64,000 nucleotides of DNA from Candidatus Bathyarchaeota archaeon (GCA_963828195.1 CAWHDT010000003.1:320001-384000), one strand, 5' to 3'. Shown: positions 1 through 9,463, counted from the stretch's first letter. Notes: a model not told the origin generated them from the letters alone. Numbers and translations: made by a program.

Positions 1-68
1 TGTTTTTGTTTAAGCATAATGTTAAAGAGTTAACAAAACCAAAAGAAGCCTATTACGGTTGATTACTG

Positions 69-620
69 ATGAGCGAGACCAAAAAAACGCAGACTCCCGA
101 ATTCAGAACCTGCGGCACGTTGGCGAAAAAAGGCGTTGTGGTAGCTGAGCAAAGCAGTATAGACGCGTTGACCTCACGCGGCTACGGCACATTAGAGGAT
201 AAGGTTTTCACGCTTACATTTTTTGAGGCCCTGTATCTATTGGATAAGGGCATGTTGGAAGTTAAAGGCGAAGAGGGCAAAGCTGCGGATTTCCAAACGC
301 TACTGCACTGCTACGAAACCCAAAACGAGAACGGGTGGGTCAGCTATCTTGTTTACCGCGACCTGAGAAGCCGCGGCTATGTGGCGCGGGAAGGATTCGG
401 CGCTGGAATTGACTTTCGCATCTATGAGCGGGGCGCATACGGCAAGGATACGGCGCCTTACTTGGTTTTGAGCACTCAAGAGGGGAAACCGTTGGGTATA
501 GACGAGTTAGCAGATGCCCTGCAGCAGTGCCAGAGCCAAAAGAAAGAAATGATTTTGGCAGTTATGAACCGCCGAGGCGAAATAGTCTACTACTCAGTCT
601 CACAGTTAACGTTCAAATAA
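69..620 (+). CDS. endA: tRNA-splicing endonuclease subunit
   Basis: LTFFEALYLL and YLVYRDLRSRGYVAREGFGAGIDFRIY motifs typical of tRNA intron endonucleases. The catalytic Tyr of the usual KYG motif is not evident, so this may be the structural subunit. Confidence 0.85.
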   Translation: MSETKKTQTPEFRTCGTLAKKGVVVAEQSSIDALTSRGYGTLEDKVFTLTFFEALYLLDKGMLEVKGEEGKAADFQTLLHCYETQNENGWVSYLVYRDLRSRGYVAREGFGAGIDFRIYERGAYGKDTAPYLVLSTQEGKPLGIDELADALQQCQSQKKEMILAVMNRRGEIVYYSVSQLTFK

Positions 621-634
621 GCCCGTGGAAAAAC

Positions 635-1435
635 ATGGCAAACCCAAGTTATAACTGGAACGCGGCGGACTACGCAAAAAACAGCCAAAACCAGCAACAG
701 TGGGCACGGGAGCTTATTCCCAAACTAAAACTGCGCGGAAACGAGGCTTTGCTGGACATCGGCTGCGGCGACGGAAAAATCACGGCAGAACTTGCACGGC
801 ACCTGCCTGAGGGCTGGGCAGTGGGAGTTGACAGTTCAGAAAAAATGATAAATCTGGCACAAAACTCTTTTCCGCAAAAAGATTACCCGAACCTGACTTT
901 CCAAGTTATGGATGCAAGGAAACTGGCTTTCCAATCGCAATTCGACATAGCATTTTCTAACGCGGCGCTGCACTGGATTGTTGACCAAAAATCCGTTCTT
1001 GCGGGCGTGCAAAGAAGCCTTAAGCCAGGCGGCAGACTGCTGTTTCAGATGGCGGGCAAAGGCAACGCCAAAGACGTACTCAGCATCATATACGAGTTGG
1101 CGGATGAAGACCCTTGGACACAGTATTTCCACAAAATGGCGTTCCCCTATGGCTTCTATGACCCTGAAGAATACAGAGGTTTCCTTAAACAGGCAGGTTT
1201 GGCGGCTGAGCGGGTTGAGCTTTTTCCCAGAGACATGAAATTTAACGGCGCAGAGGGCTTAGCAGGATGGATAAGAACCACGTGGCTGCCCTTCACAGAC
1301 AAGCTACCCGCAGAGCTTAGACAGAAATTCGTTGAGCAAATCGTCAACCGCTACCTCAAAAATCACCCCTCAGACGCTGAGGGCACGGTTCACGTTTGCA
1401 TGATACGCATAGAAGCAGAAGCTTACAAATCGTAA
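635..1435 (+). CDS. Class I SAM-dependent methyltransferase (trans-aconitate methyltransferase-like)
   Basis: LLDIGCGDG SAM motif, FSNAALHW, LKPGG. Start moved to ATG 635, just after the endA stop. Confidence 0.85.
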   Translation: MANPSYNWNAADYAKNSQNQQQWARELIPKLKLRGNEALLDIGCGDGKITAELARHLPEGWAVGVDSSEKMINLAQNSFPQKDYPNLTFQVMDARKLAFQSQFDIAFSNAALHWIVDQKSVLAGVQRSLKPGGRLLFQMAGKGNAKDVLSIIYELADEDPWTQYFHKMAFPYGFYDPEEYRGFLKQAGLAAERVELFPRDMKFNGAEGLAGWIRTTWLPFTDKLPAELRQKFVEQIVNRYLKNHPSDAEGTVHVCMIRIEAEAYKS

Positions 1436-1451
1436 AGAATATTAATGGACC

Positions 1452-1703
1452 TTAGATAACCCCCGCTTTTTCTCTGCGATTAATCTGAGCAACCTTAAGA
1501 ATAGAAGCAAAATAATCCAAGTCCTCGTCTGGAACCTGCCAACGATTCTTGTTAACCGATGAATCAATCGCTTGGCCCTCTATGATGCCTGTTTGTCTTA
1601 GGTCATCAAGACTAGCTTTTACATCGACGTCATATATCAATTCCAAAGTCTGATTCGCCTCCATTAGCACTTTTACGAAAAGCCAACGTGGAAAAAAAAT
1701 CAA
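1452..1703 (-). CDS. Hypothetical protein, possibly a gene remnant
   Basis: 83-aa ORF with protein-like composition and no recognisable motif; start is uncertain. Confidence 0.4.
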   Translation of the reverse strand: MIFFPRWLFVKVLMEANQTLELIYDVDVKASLDDLRQTGIIEGQAIDSSVNKNRWQVPDEDLDYFASILKVAQINRREKAGVI

Positions 1704-1766
1704 GTTAGACCTTTCCGATGCGTGGGTGTACTCTCCCAGTCTTCAATCTCTTCCTCGTTCTAATTT

Positions 1767-1784
1767 TTAGAACAATTGTTCTAA
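1767..1784. promoter_or_regulatory. Perfect 18-bp palindrome TTAGAACAATTGTTCTAA, candidate operator
   Basis: Exact self-complementary sequence between divergent ORFs 1452-1703(-) and 1831(+). Confidence 0.45.
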
Positions 1785-1830
1785 GAAGAAGGCATAAGAG
1801 CGATTGCAATAAGTCATTCTATGGATAACC

Positions 1831-2469
1831 ATGAAGAAAATACTCTTGGTCACAGTTGCAGTTATACTTACAATAATTCTTGCTCTTAGTTATTTTATCA
1901 TTATCACGCCAGTTGAGAAAGCTGAAAAGCCTGATGCAAGTGATGCTTCACATATTCCTGCTAGTGACCCTGTTCCAAATCTCGTTTTCACAGTGAGCTC
2001 GGAAGTGCTTAACAGCCCAATGATTGACAATAAGCTTGCTTTGCCACCACCAAATTATTACACTAATGTTACTCAGGGAAGTGACCTAAAAATCAATGTA
2101 ACAATTACGTCAACCGGACTTGAAGAAGTAGTCAACGTTACGAGCGTTGATGTATGGTGGTATAATCCCCAAGTTAATTTGTACACATGGTATGAGCCAC
2201 CTAACACAGGTAATGAAAGCAGTGTAATTCAGGCAAGTGCTTTTAACTATTCTTCAAGCCCTAACCCTGTCAGCCTACAACCATCCACGTCCAATTCCAC
2301 CATTATCACACTTAACATAGCAAAAGATGCACCTACGGGTCAATATTCGATGTACATAAATCTGGAGGCTGAACTCAAGCAATCAAATGAAAATGAAACC
2401 TCAGAATTTAACGTACTGGAACAGGCATATTGGTTTTCGATGATAATAAATCCTGGTCCAACTGCTTAA
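1831..2469 (+). CDS. Membrane-anchored secreted protein with Ig-like beta domain
   Basis: MKK plus hydrophobic N-terminal helix; ITLNIAKDAPTGQYSMYI Ig-like strand pattern; several N-x-S/T sequons. Confidence 0.75.
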   Translation: MKKILLVTVAVILTIILALSYFIIITPVEKAEKPDASDASHIPASDPVPNLVFTVSSEVLNSPMIDNKLALPPPNYYTNVTQGSDLKINVTITSTGLEEVVNVTSVDVWWYNPQVNLYTWYEPPNTGNESSVIQASAFNYSSSPNPVSLQPSTSNSTIITLNIAKDAPTGQYSMYINLEAELKQSNENETSEFNVLEQAYWFSMIINPGPTA

Positions 2470-2542
2470 CACAATAGCATGCGCAGTTCGGGTGTACGTT
2501 GCAGGCGAAGGTATCATCGGCGACAAATTCACCGTAGGGAAA
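2461..2542 (-). pseudogene. Truncated paralog of the C-terminus of ORF 3292-3612 (FPYGEFVADDTFACNVHPNCACYCVKQ)
   Basis: About 85% identical by eye (roughly 12 mismatches in 82 nt) to 3312-3393; in-frame TAG immediately upstream on the minus strand. Confidence 0.8.
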
Positions 2543-2775
2543 GAGAGAGCGCTAAGCCATCATTTCAGTATGTATCGTAGCAGTTGGAATAACCTGCCTA
2601 TTGCCCGTAATATTTACCCCACAAATTTCTGGGCGTCGATTTGCATATAATTGGACCTCCTTGCGAATAAGCAAATTTTAAATAAAGGCGCAGTTTAAGA
2701 AGATAGATAGATAAACCTGAAAATCGGGTAGAAAAAATTTTCTAAACAAAATTGTATCCCATTGAAGGTTAACCC

Positions 2776-3210
2776 ATGGTCTCAAAGATTTCCAAAGGAA
2801 CAGGAACAAAATTCTCCAGATATGCCATTATACTTGCCATAGTGATGATTGTGAACGTCGTGATAATCATCCTTTTGACTCCAATTGGCTTTGAGACCCG
2901 CCCGACATCCGCCTTGAAGACGCTCGGCTACATTGCGATTACTACTATTTTTGTCGGTCTCGCACTGGACTTGACGTCAATTGTCCTTCTGTTGAAGAGA
3001 ATCAGAGTCAGATTAGCTTCGAGTCTTGTGATCATCAGCTCGGTCGCATTCCTCTTGGTCATTTTGGTAGATCGAACCGGGTCCTTCTTCTCGGTACCAA
3101 CCCCTCCTGCAATTAACCACCTCGAATACATCTTCGCCGCCGTATTGATCGTGACCCTCATTATTGCGTCATTGGTCTACAGAGAGAGTAAGCACACTTC
3201 AAGCCATTGA
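2776..3210 (+). CDS. Four-TM integral membrane protein
   Basis: 144 aa with four hydrophobic segments. Confidence 0.75.
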   Translation: MVSKISKGTGTKFSRYAIILAIVMIVNVVIIILLTPIGFETRPTSALKTLGYIAITTIFVGLALDLTSIVLLLKRIRVRLASSLVIISSVAFLLVILVDRTGSFFSVPTPPAINHLEYIFAAVLIVTLIIASLVYRESKHTSSH

Positions 3211-3291
3211 CTTCTGTCGAACTCCAGACACAGAATCCGGAAAGCTTTCGACAGTTGTTGCATTATTTCCAGCTTTCACACTCATGCAACT

Positions 3292-3612
3292 TCAAGCATT
3301 TTGAAAATCTGACTGCTTAACACAGGAGCATGCGCAGTTCGGGTGAACGTTGCAAGCAAAGGTTTCATCGGCTACGAATTCGCCCCACGGAAAAATATCC
3401 TTCAGATCGTCAGGGTCATCCAGCTCGTACTCGCCGCCGTCGTAATCTGCGCATTTTGCGAATGTGTTAGGGTTTTTGGAGTTGTAGAAGCGCCAGGTAG
3501 AGAATTTTATGTTAGGATCCACAACAGCAGCTTCAAAGCTTTTGACAGCGATAACGGCGATGACCGCCTCCTGATATATCTCCAGCACAAGGCTTCCTCT
3601 TTTTCCGTTCAT
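3292..3612 (-). CDS. Small protein with HPNCAC motif, resembling MuF/SPP1 gp7 head morphogenesis C-terminus
   Basis: KCADYDGGEY...VHPNCAC resembles the C-x2-C-x2-lDG...HPNCRC signature. The paralog differs mostly at synonymous positions, which supports this reading frame. Confidence 0.55.
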   Translation of the reverse strand: MNGKRGSLVLEIYQEAVIAVIAVKSFEAAVVDPNIKFSTWRFYNSKNPNTFAKCADYDGGEYELDDPDDLKDIFPWGEFVADETFACNVHPNCACSCVKQSDFQNA

Positions 3613-3733
3613 TGATGCTTAGTTAAGAAACTTTGACATAACAACGAAATTCTACCTCAAGAAAGTTTGACGAATAACCTTTTATCGGTCTTGCTGCCCA
3701 ACAACTTATTGAAACCAAGAGGGTGAATAACAA

Positions 3734-4273
3734 TTGCCTGACATGAGAGCTCCCTCAAGAAGAAAAGTTATACTGTTGGGTTTGTTAGCTATTCTTATAA
3801 TATTCATGGGCTATGTCATTTATGTAGACGTTGATAATGCGATAAAAAGTTCTAATCCATCGCCTACAACTAAGCCCGTGATTGAACAGCTAATTCCCCC
3901 TGCCTACCCAAATAATCCTTCTAATTACTCGCTTGTGAGTAACTACTCAATAACTATCCCCGAAATATACACTGGTGGCGACATTCCAGTGTATTACGTT
4001 TCTATGAAATTTATAGCGCCATTATCTAGTCTTCAAAGCGAAGAAAATTGGACTATTACAAATTACACCGTCCTTAGGGTGCCATTTCCTTTTACCACTT
4101 GGGCAAGCAACACAAGCACGTCTTCAAGCCCGTACTCAATTGCCCAAATTCTTCCAGCAGTCTTTAACGGAACAACAATAGCAGTTAAAGTTGATGTATA
4201 TGGATACAACGGCTTTGGTGTCCAGTTTGAAACTTCCAAAGAATGGAATGTAACGGAATATGTTTACAGTTAG
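3734..4273 (+). CDS. Membrane-anchored secreted hypothetical protein
   Basis: RRK plus TM helix, then an S/T/N-rich extracellular domain with sequons. Confidence 0.7.
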   Translation: MPDMRAPSRRKVILLGLLAILIIFMGYVIYVDVDNAIKSSNPSPTTKPVIEQLIPPAYPNNPSNYSLVSNYSITIPEIYTGGDIPVYYVSMKFIAPLSSLQSEENWTITNYTVLRVPFPFTTWASNTSTSSSPYSIAQILPAVFNGTTIAVKVDVYGYNGFGVQFETSKEWNVTEYVYS

Positions 4274-4633
4274 TGCACCACATCTTTTCTCCAAACAGGT
4301 GTAAACGGTAACTCTTAAGTCGAGAAACTACTTGCGGTATCTATATCCTTTGCAGTTATGGTGTCAAAGCAGTCAAGGCAAGGCTCGCACAAGATACGCA
4401 GCCCCATTACCCGCCTTAACCGACTTCGCAGGCAACTTACTATGAACCTTTCTCGATTAACTTGAACTTTCAGAGTGCTGTTCTTCTGGCTGTCCGAACG
4501 TCTCTGGTTGCATTGTTGCTGCGGCTTCAAATCACCCCTATTTGCCTCTAGCATTCCAAGTTCGGCAAAGGCTTCTTTTCACTAAAATGTGTCAATCACT
4601 TTAAGCCGTATTCTTCGGCAAAACTTTTTATCT

Positions 4634-4874
4634 TTATAAATTTGCCGCGTCTACAAGTTTCTCAATTTCTTTGACGAACTCTGGCTTTAGTTCGTGACCA
4701 TTTACTTCGGTGGTATCTAGATAAACTTGAATGACTTCGTTGATTCCATTCATCACTTCATCAAGAGTTTTTCCCTGAATGTGACAGCCTGGTAAACTCA
4801 GGAACAGAAGCTACATAATATCCATCCTTATCCTTTTCAACGACTATACCCAATTTCACTTTATCACTAGGCAT
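4634..4874 (-). pseudogene. hicB: HicB-family antitoxin with +1 frameshift
   Basis: MPSDKVKLGIVVEKDKDGYYVASVPE, one extra T (run at 4794-4796), then LPGCHIQGKTLDEVMNGINEVIQVYLD...ANL*. 241 nt = 80 codons + 1. Confidence 0.85.
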
Positions 4875-5017
4875 TACACTGAAATGAGATAACCATTACT
4901 AAAGCCTTTTTTCAATGCTAACTTGCGTGTTTAGCGGATTTTGAGTCGGATAGATTCAAACTCTGTGCGAGAGTTTAAAAGAATAATTGCTGCATCTTAA
5001 GCAAAGGAGAAAACGCT

Positions 5018-6292
5018 ATGCCAACGTTCCAAACTGTCCGCGGAATGCGGGATTTACTCGGTGAAGAAGCGCAGACCTTCACACACATAATCGCCAAAGC
5101 CCGAGAGACCGCTGCGCTCTACGGCTACAAAGAAGCTATAACGCCAGTGGTTGAGCCGCTTGAGCTACTCAGCGCGAAGTCCGGTGAAGAAATCCGCCAG
5201 CGCATGTTCATATTCAAGGATTTGGGCGAGCGTCAAGTGGCGCTACGTCCAGAATTCACCGCTTCAATCGCGCGGCTAGCCACAACAGCCCTCAAAAACG
5301 AACCCAAACCCCTTCGGCTTTTCTCAGTGGGCAGCGTTTACCGTTATGATGAGCCGCAGCGTGGGCGGTATCGGGAGTTTTGGCAGTCAAACTTCGAACT
5401 CATGGGCTCAGGCAGACCTGAGGCAGACGCCGAAATCGTCTTGCTGACAAACAGCTTGATGATGGGGTTGGGTTTGCATGGTTACGCCTTCAAAATCGGC
5501 CATATCGGCGTGATACGGGGGATACTCAGCCAAGAGGGCGTGGAAGAAAAGACCCAGAACGCAATTCTGCAGCGCATGGATAAGAAAGAATACGAGGAAG
5601 CGTTCAAGCTGGCGCCCACGGAGAAGTGCCGCGTTATGCTTGAAGGGCTGCTCGAGTTGAAGGGAGGCGACTGTTTTGAAACGGTCGAAAAAATCAAGAG
5701 CTATGTGGCTGGCTGCGATAAAGCTAAGGCTGCAGCAGAAAACCTGTGCGAAATCCTCAAGCTCATTGTTGAGAGCGGCTGTCCAATTCAAACAGTTGAG
5801 CCCGCGTTCGCAAGGGGCTTGGAGTATTACACGGGCATGATTTTTGAAATCTATATTCCCGAACTGGACATTGCATTGGGCGGCGGAGGCAGATATGACA
5901 GACTTATCGAATTATTCGGCGGGGAACCCACGCCAGCGGTTGGCTGCGCTCACGGGATTGACAGGGTCGCGCTTGCGTTGCAAACCCAGAAAGCAACAGT
6001 TGCAGGCAAAGCTGGACCCCGCGTGCTTGTTCTCGCCGTGAACGAGGCGCTCAAGGCTGAAGCATTAAAAATTGCGCAGATGCTTCGAGGCTTGGGGGTT
6101 GTTGTGGAGTTTGAAATTATGGGCAGGAAGATGGGGAAGGCTTTGGAGGATGCGGATAAGCGGAAAGCTGATTTCGCGGTGATTGTCGGTGAACGTGAAC
6201 TCAAGGACGGCGCTGTAATGCTTAGGAATCTATCTAGGCGGGAGCAAACGACTGTTCAAATTAAAGAGTTGGCTGAAAAAATCAGAAGCTAA
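5018..6292 (+). CDS. hisS: Histidine--tRNA ligase
   Basis: RGMRD, LRPEFT, YRYDEPQRGRYREFWQ, ARGLEYYTG and GGGRYD motifs. Confidence 0.98.
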   Translation: MPTFQTVRGMRDLLGEEAQTFTHIIAKARETAALYGYKEAITPVVEPLELLSAKSGEEIRQRMFIFKDLGERQVALRPEFTASIARLATTALKNEPKPLRLFSVGSVYRYDEPQRGRYREFWQSNFELMGSGRPEADAEIVLLTNSLMMGLGLHGYAFKIGHIGVIRGILSQEGVEEKTQNAILQRMDKKEYEEAFKLAPTEKCRVMLEGLLELKGGDCFETVEKIKSYVAGCDKAKAAAENLCEILKLIVESGCPIQTVEPAFARGLEYYTGMIFEIYIPELDIALGGGGRYDRLIELFGGEPTPAVGCAHGIDRVALALQTQKATVAGKAGPRVLVLAVNEALKAEALKIAQMLRGLGVVVEFEIMGRKMGKALEDADKRKADFAVIVGERELKDGAVMLRNLSRREQTTVQIKELAEKIRS

Positions 6293-6493
6293 ACTTCAAC
6301 ACCCTTTCTATGTTAAAATGCACTTTTCTGCGTGCAAAGTGCGCGGCTTTCACTCGTTGCACGCCTATGTTGAATCATGTTTTGAGCCTAATTGACGCAT
6401 TCATACGACTAGAGAGTAGCCCACACAAAAGCGCTCTGCCTAAGAGGATACCTACTATTTGCGCCAAAAAACCGCCACAAATATGGAAGGCGG

Positions 6494-6533
6494 AAGAAGA
6501 AGAAAAATTGTTTTCACCAGCTTCTTCTTCTTT
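6494..6533 (+). repeat. 40-bp palindromic element, allele A, copy 1
   Basis: AAGAAGAAGAAAAATTG-TTTTCACC-AGCTTCTTCTTCTTT; matches copies at 40218 and 61514. Confidence 0.9.
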
Positions 6534-6548
6534 AAAAATTTTGCCAAG

Positions 6549-6588
6549 AAGAAGAACAACAGTTGCTCTTCAGGTGTTGTTGTTCTTT
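6549..6588 (+). repeat. 40-bp palindromic element, allele B, copy 1
   Basis: AAGAAGAACAACAGTTG-CTCTTCAG-GTGTTGTTGTTCTTT; matches copies at 61434 and 61577. Confidence 0.9.
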
Positions 6589-6697
6589 CAAAAATTAAAA
6601 TTCTACCAAAATCCAGCCACAAAAAATGGAGAATAACAAGCGAGCTCACGTTGAAATTAAAAAATTCAGCAGCGGAAAACTGTATGCTACTTTATGG

Positions 6698-7585
6698 CTA
6701 AAGAAGCGGCAGAATAACCAGACCCATGATTAATCCGCCCGCTAACCCCAGCATGATTGGGAAAGGCAAACCTGGAAAGATCCCTTTCTTTTCAAGTATG
6801 AAAAAAGTTATGATTGAACCCGCCATGATGCCCACGATTGAAACTAAGCATGGAAGTATTCCTAAGGGATAGCTGACTGAGTTGATGTAGGTGAAGAACA
6901 TGGAGCCGGTTAACATGGAGTAGAATACTAAGTCGCCGAGCCCCATCTGAATGTCTTTAAAGGAGAAGCTTAAGCCTTGAAGCTGATCCATTCCTCCTGA
7001 CGACTGAGCAATTTTTCCTACGGGACCACGATAAACCGCAAATACATCGTACACTGCCAGAAACGCTAGAATTAACACTGCACTCCACAGCGGGATTGCC
7101 CATCCGAAGAAAATGCCCAAGGCGCCGCCGATGCCTACAACAGCTACGTTGCGCGGTATGTTGCCCAGTCGGAAGATGGCGAGGTCAAACAGCACCATAA
7201 TAACAACGGACACCGCGATGAGCAAATACAGGTTTTCAAGGATTGGGAAATCGGCGAAAAGTGCATTGAGGTAAACAAGGGCTAAGAGCAGAGAAGCGGC
7301 GGACATGGCAACGACGATTAAGCCTTTGATGATATTTTTGCTTCGTCGTTTAAGCAGGAGATAAAATATGGTTGCGCTGATTGCGATGAGGACAACGAAG
7401 TATAATGCGTTGCCAAAGGGGGCTGAAGCGCTGTTGCCGCTTATAGGCGTAATAGGTGGAGCTGTTGACTGAGGCTGAGGCTTGAGCAAGTAAGCGCAGC
7501 CTAAACCGAAAACGAGGCTTGCCAGTATCGGAAGCAAATAGACAGTTTGAAACTTGAATTTGTCCAGCTTATCTTGTTCGGTCAC
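6698..7585 (-). CDS. Presenilin-family (A22) intramembrane aspartyl protease
   Basis: Multi-TM protein with AVYD, MGLGDLVFY (GxGD) and PGLP (PAL-like) motifs. Confidence 0.92.
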   Translation of the reverse strand: MTEQDKLDKFKFQTVYLLPILASLVFGLGCAYLLKPQPQSTAPPITPISGNSASAPFGNALYFVVLIAISATIFYLLLKRRSKNIIKGLIVVAMSAASLLLALVYLNALFADFPILENLYLLIAVSVVIMVLFDLAIFRLGNIPRNVAVVGIGGALGIFFGWAIPLWSAVLILAFLAVYDVFAVYRGPVGKIAQSSGGMDQLQGLSFSFKDIQMGLGDLVFYSMLTGSMFFTYINSVSYPLGILPCLVSIVGIMAGSIITFFILEKKGIFPGLPFPIMLGLAGGLIMGLVILPLL

Positions 7586-7590
7586 GTTGC

Positions 7591-8142
7591 TTACCCTAAA
7601 TTGCTAATAGCTAATGCCGCTTGCAAATAACACTGGTCACACAATAAGCTTTGCTTTTTATCCGTATCAAAAATAGAGTTGGAAAAATGCATAACGCATA
7701 AACTTCGAGGGCAATGCTGCAGACCCAACGTGTGACCTAATTCGTGAATTGACTCCTTTAAGACTCGCGATGCAAAAACGGTTGAGCCAGCGTTTTCTCC
7801 ATAAAACTGGGACTTAAGCCGCCACAGTGAAATCAAAGCGGCTCGTCCAGGAGTGTATGCTTCACCAAACACATAGTTCAACTCGGGCACAAAAATGTCA
7901 ACATCAACAACGCCCAAAACCCTGTGAAACGTCTCGTTTTTGGATCCAAAAGCTTTTACCTCATTAAGAATCACGCTTGAATTGTATTGGTTGCGTTTTT
8001 TATCAAAAGCCAACTTGGAAACAGGCAGGGCTTTCTTAATAATCGTGCAGGCTACGTCAGGAAAAGTTTTCACTAAACCCTGCTCAATCCCGGTTAGCAC
8101 ATCAGGGGATACTTCGCCAATAGCCAAAATACCTATCTTCAT
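7591..8142 (-). CDS. amzA: Archaemetzincin Zn metalloprotease
   Basis: HELGHTLGLQHCPRSLCVMHFS...C-x2-C signature. Confidence 0.93.
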   Translation of the reverse strand: MKIGILAIGEVSPDVLTGIEQGLVKTFPDVACTIIKKALPVSKLAFDKKRNQYNSSVILNEVKAFGSKNETFHRVLGVVDVDIFVPELNYVFGEAYTPGRAALISLWRLKSQFYGENAGSTVFASRVLKESIHELGHTLGLQHCPRSLCVMHFSNSIFDTDKKQSLLCDQCYLQAALAISNLG

Positions 8143-8151
8143 AATAACAGC

Positions 8152-9417
8152 CTATATCTCGTAGGTTTCTCCAGTCCTCGGCGCCACAGCATCCAACCCT
8201 AACTCGGCCTTCGCCCAATTCGCCAAAAGCTCGCAGTTGCCTTCGGCGCCGTGGACACAGAAAACTTTGGGTTTGCCGCCAAGCCGACGCAGCCCCTCTT
8301 TGAGCTGACTAGCGCCGCAGTGGGAGGAGAAATCAAAATGGCGGTACTGTGCCTTAACCTTGCTTACTTTTCCATCTATCGTGGTGACACCCTTGTCCAT
8401 CAGTTGTTTTCCAGGTGTTCCAGGAATCTGGTAACTGACCAGAAAAATAGAATTCGTTGCTTTCTTTGCTATTTTGGAGAGATAAAACTGTGATGGACCA
8501 CCTTTCAGCATGCCTGCAGGCGAGATAACTAGCCCCGGGTCCTTCGCGGCTCTTCGCCGATCACGCCATCCATCAACCCAATCCAGCGAGTGTATTGCAT
8601 TCACAAAAAGCCTTGGATCCCTAAGGAACTCTTTGTGATCCATGATTATTCGGCTAGCTTCCCGAGCCATCCCATCTAAAACAACAGGAAACTCAAAGTG
8701 ATTTGCTGCTAAAACGCAGGCGATTTCCTGAGCGCGCCCCACACCGAACGCGGGCACCAGAACTGTTCCGCCTCGCTCAACCACTTCAGTCGCCGCCTCA
8801 ACAAAATTCTTCTCAAGCTCAGGGCGCGGGGTATGATCCTCACTTGCATAGGTGCTTTCGGTGACAACGGCATCTAAATCTCCATAATCCATCGTTGCGC
8901 CTTTAAGCAGTTTGCTGTCTTCCATATTGTAGTCGCCAGTGAAAAGAATCTTCTTTCCGTCCGCTTCAACAAGCACCTGGGCGCTACCGGGCGTATGACC
9001 TGCATCAAACAGTTTAATCTTCATGTCGCCGATGGTTTCTTCAACCCCAAAATCCAAATGCCTGTTGTTATGCATCATGGCGTCAAGCTCAAGATATTCA
9101 AAAGGCAAATAGTAACCGGACAAATGAATAAAATCCTGAATAAGAACCTGCGTTAACTCTAAATTAAGCCTATTCGTGTACAGCGGCTTCTTATCGTTAA
9201 TATAAAACATCGGCACAGCGCCCGAGTGGTCAAGATGGCTGTGAGTTAAAACCACTGCGTTAACTTCTTTTGGCGGAACATGCATTGGGAAACCCGGTTC
9301 ATGATCAAGCATGACGCCGTAATCTAACACAACTTTACTTTTCTCTGACTTAACAGTTATACCGATTCTGCCAACTTCTCTTGCGCCGCCCAAAAATCCA
9401 ACTTGCAAGCAAACCAA
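8152..9417 (-). CDS. MBL-fold beta-CASP ribonuclease (aCPSF2-like)
   Basis: LGGAREVG, THSHLDH, AGHTPGS, TESTY, AFGVGRAQE, FSSH; no N-terminal KH domains. Confidence 0.92.
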   Translation of the reverse strand: MVCLQVGFLGGAREVGRIGITVKSEKSKVVLDYGVMLDHEPGFPMHVPPKEVNAVVLTHSHLDHSGAVPMFYINDKKPLYTNRLNLELTQVLIQDFIHLSGYYLPFEYLELDAMMHNNRHLDFGVEETIGDMKIKLFDAGHTPGSAQVLVEADGKKILFTGDYNMEDSKLLKGATMDYGDLDAVVTESTYASEDHTPRPELEKNFVEAATEVVERGGTVLVPAFGVGRAQEIACVLAANHFEFPVVLDGMAREASRIIMDHKEFLRDPRLFVNAIHSLDWVDGWRDRRRAAKDPGLVISPAGMLKGGPSQFYLSKIAKKATNSIFLVSYQIPGTPGKQLMDKGVTTIDGKVSKVKAQYRHFDFSSHCGASQLKEGLRRLGGKPKVFCVHGAEGNCELLANWAKAELGLDAVAPRTGETYEI

Positions 9418-9463
9418 TCCTTGTCGTAAATTCGTTTAATGTTTAAAAAGGAACTGTGCTGTT

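Noticed and set aside
527-634. N-terminal extension of the methyltransferase
   Set aside because: It overlaps endA in another frame; ATG 635 gives a typical start.
3330-3347. CGGGTGA match to the transposon end motif inside the HPNC repeat
   Set aside because: It lacks the CTGTTA half-site and is explained by His-Pro codons on the minus strand.
3343-3615. Plus-strand 90-aa ORF
   Set aside because: It is the antisense shadow of 3292-3612; substitutions versus the paralog are mostly synonymous in the minus frame.
4315-4554. 79-aa minus-strand ORF as the HicA partner
   Set aside because: No HicA G-S-H motif or fold pattern; probably spurious or decayed sequence.
6310-6701. Overlapping ORFs 6310-6636, 6455-6649 and 6459-6701
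   Set aside because: They are translations of the GAA/CAA palindromic repeats (EEEEK, SSS, RRR, FFFF) with no protein-like features.
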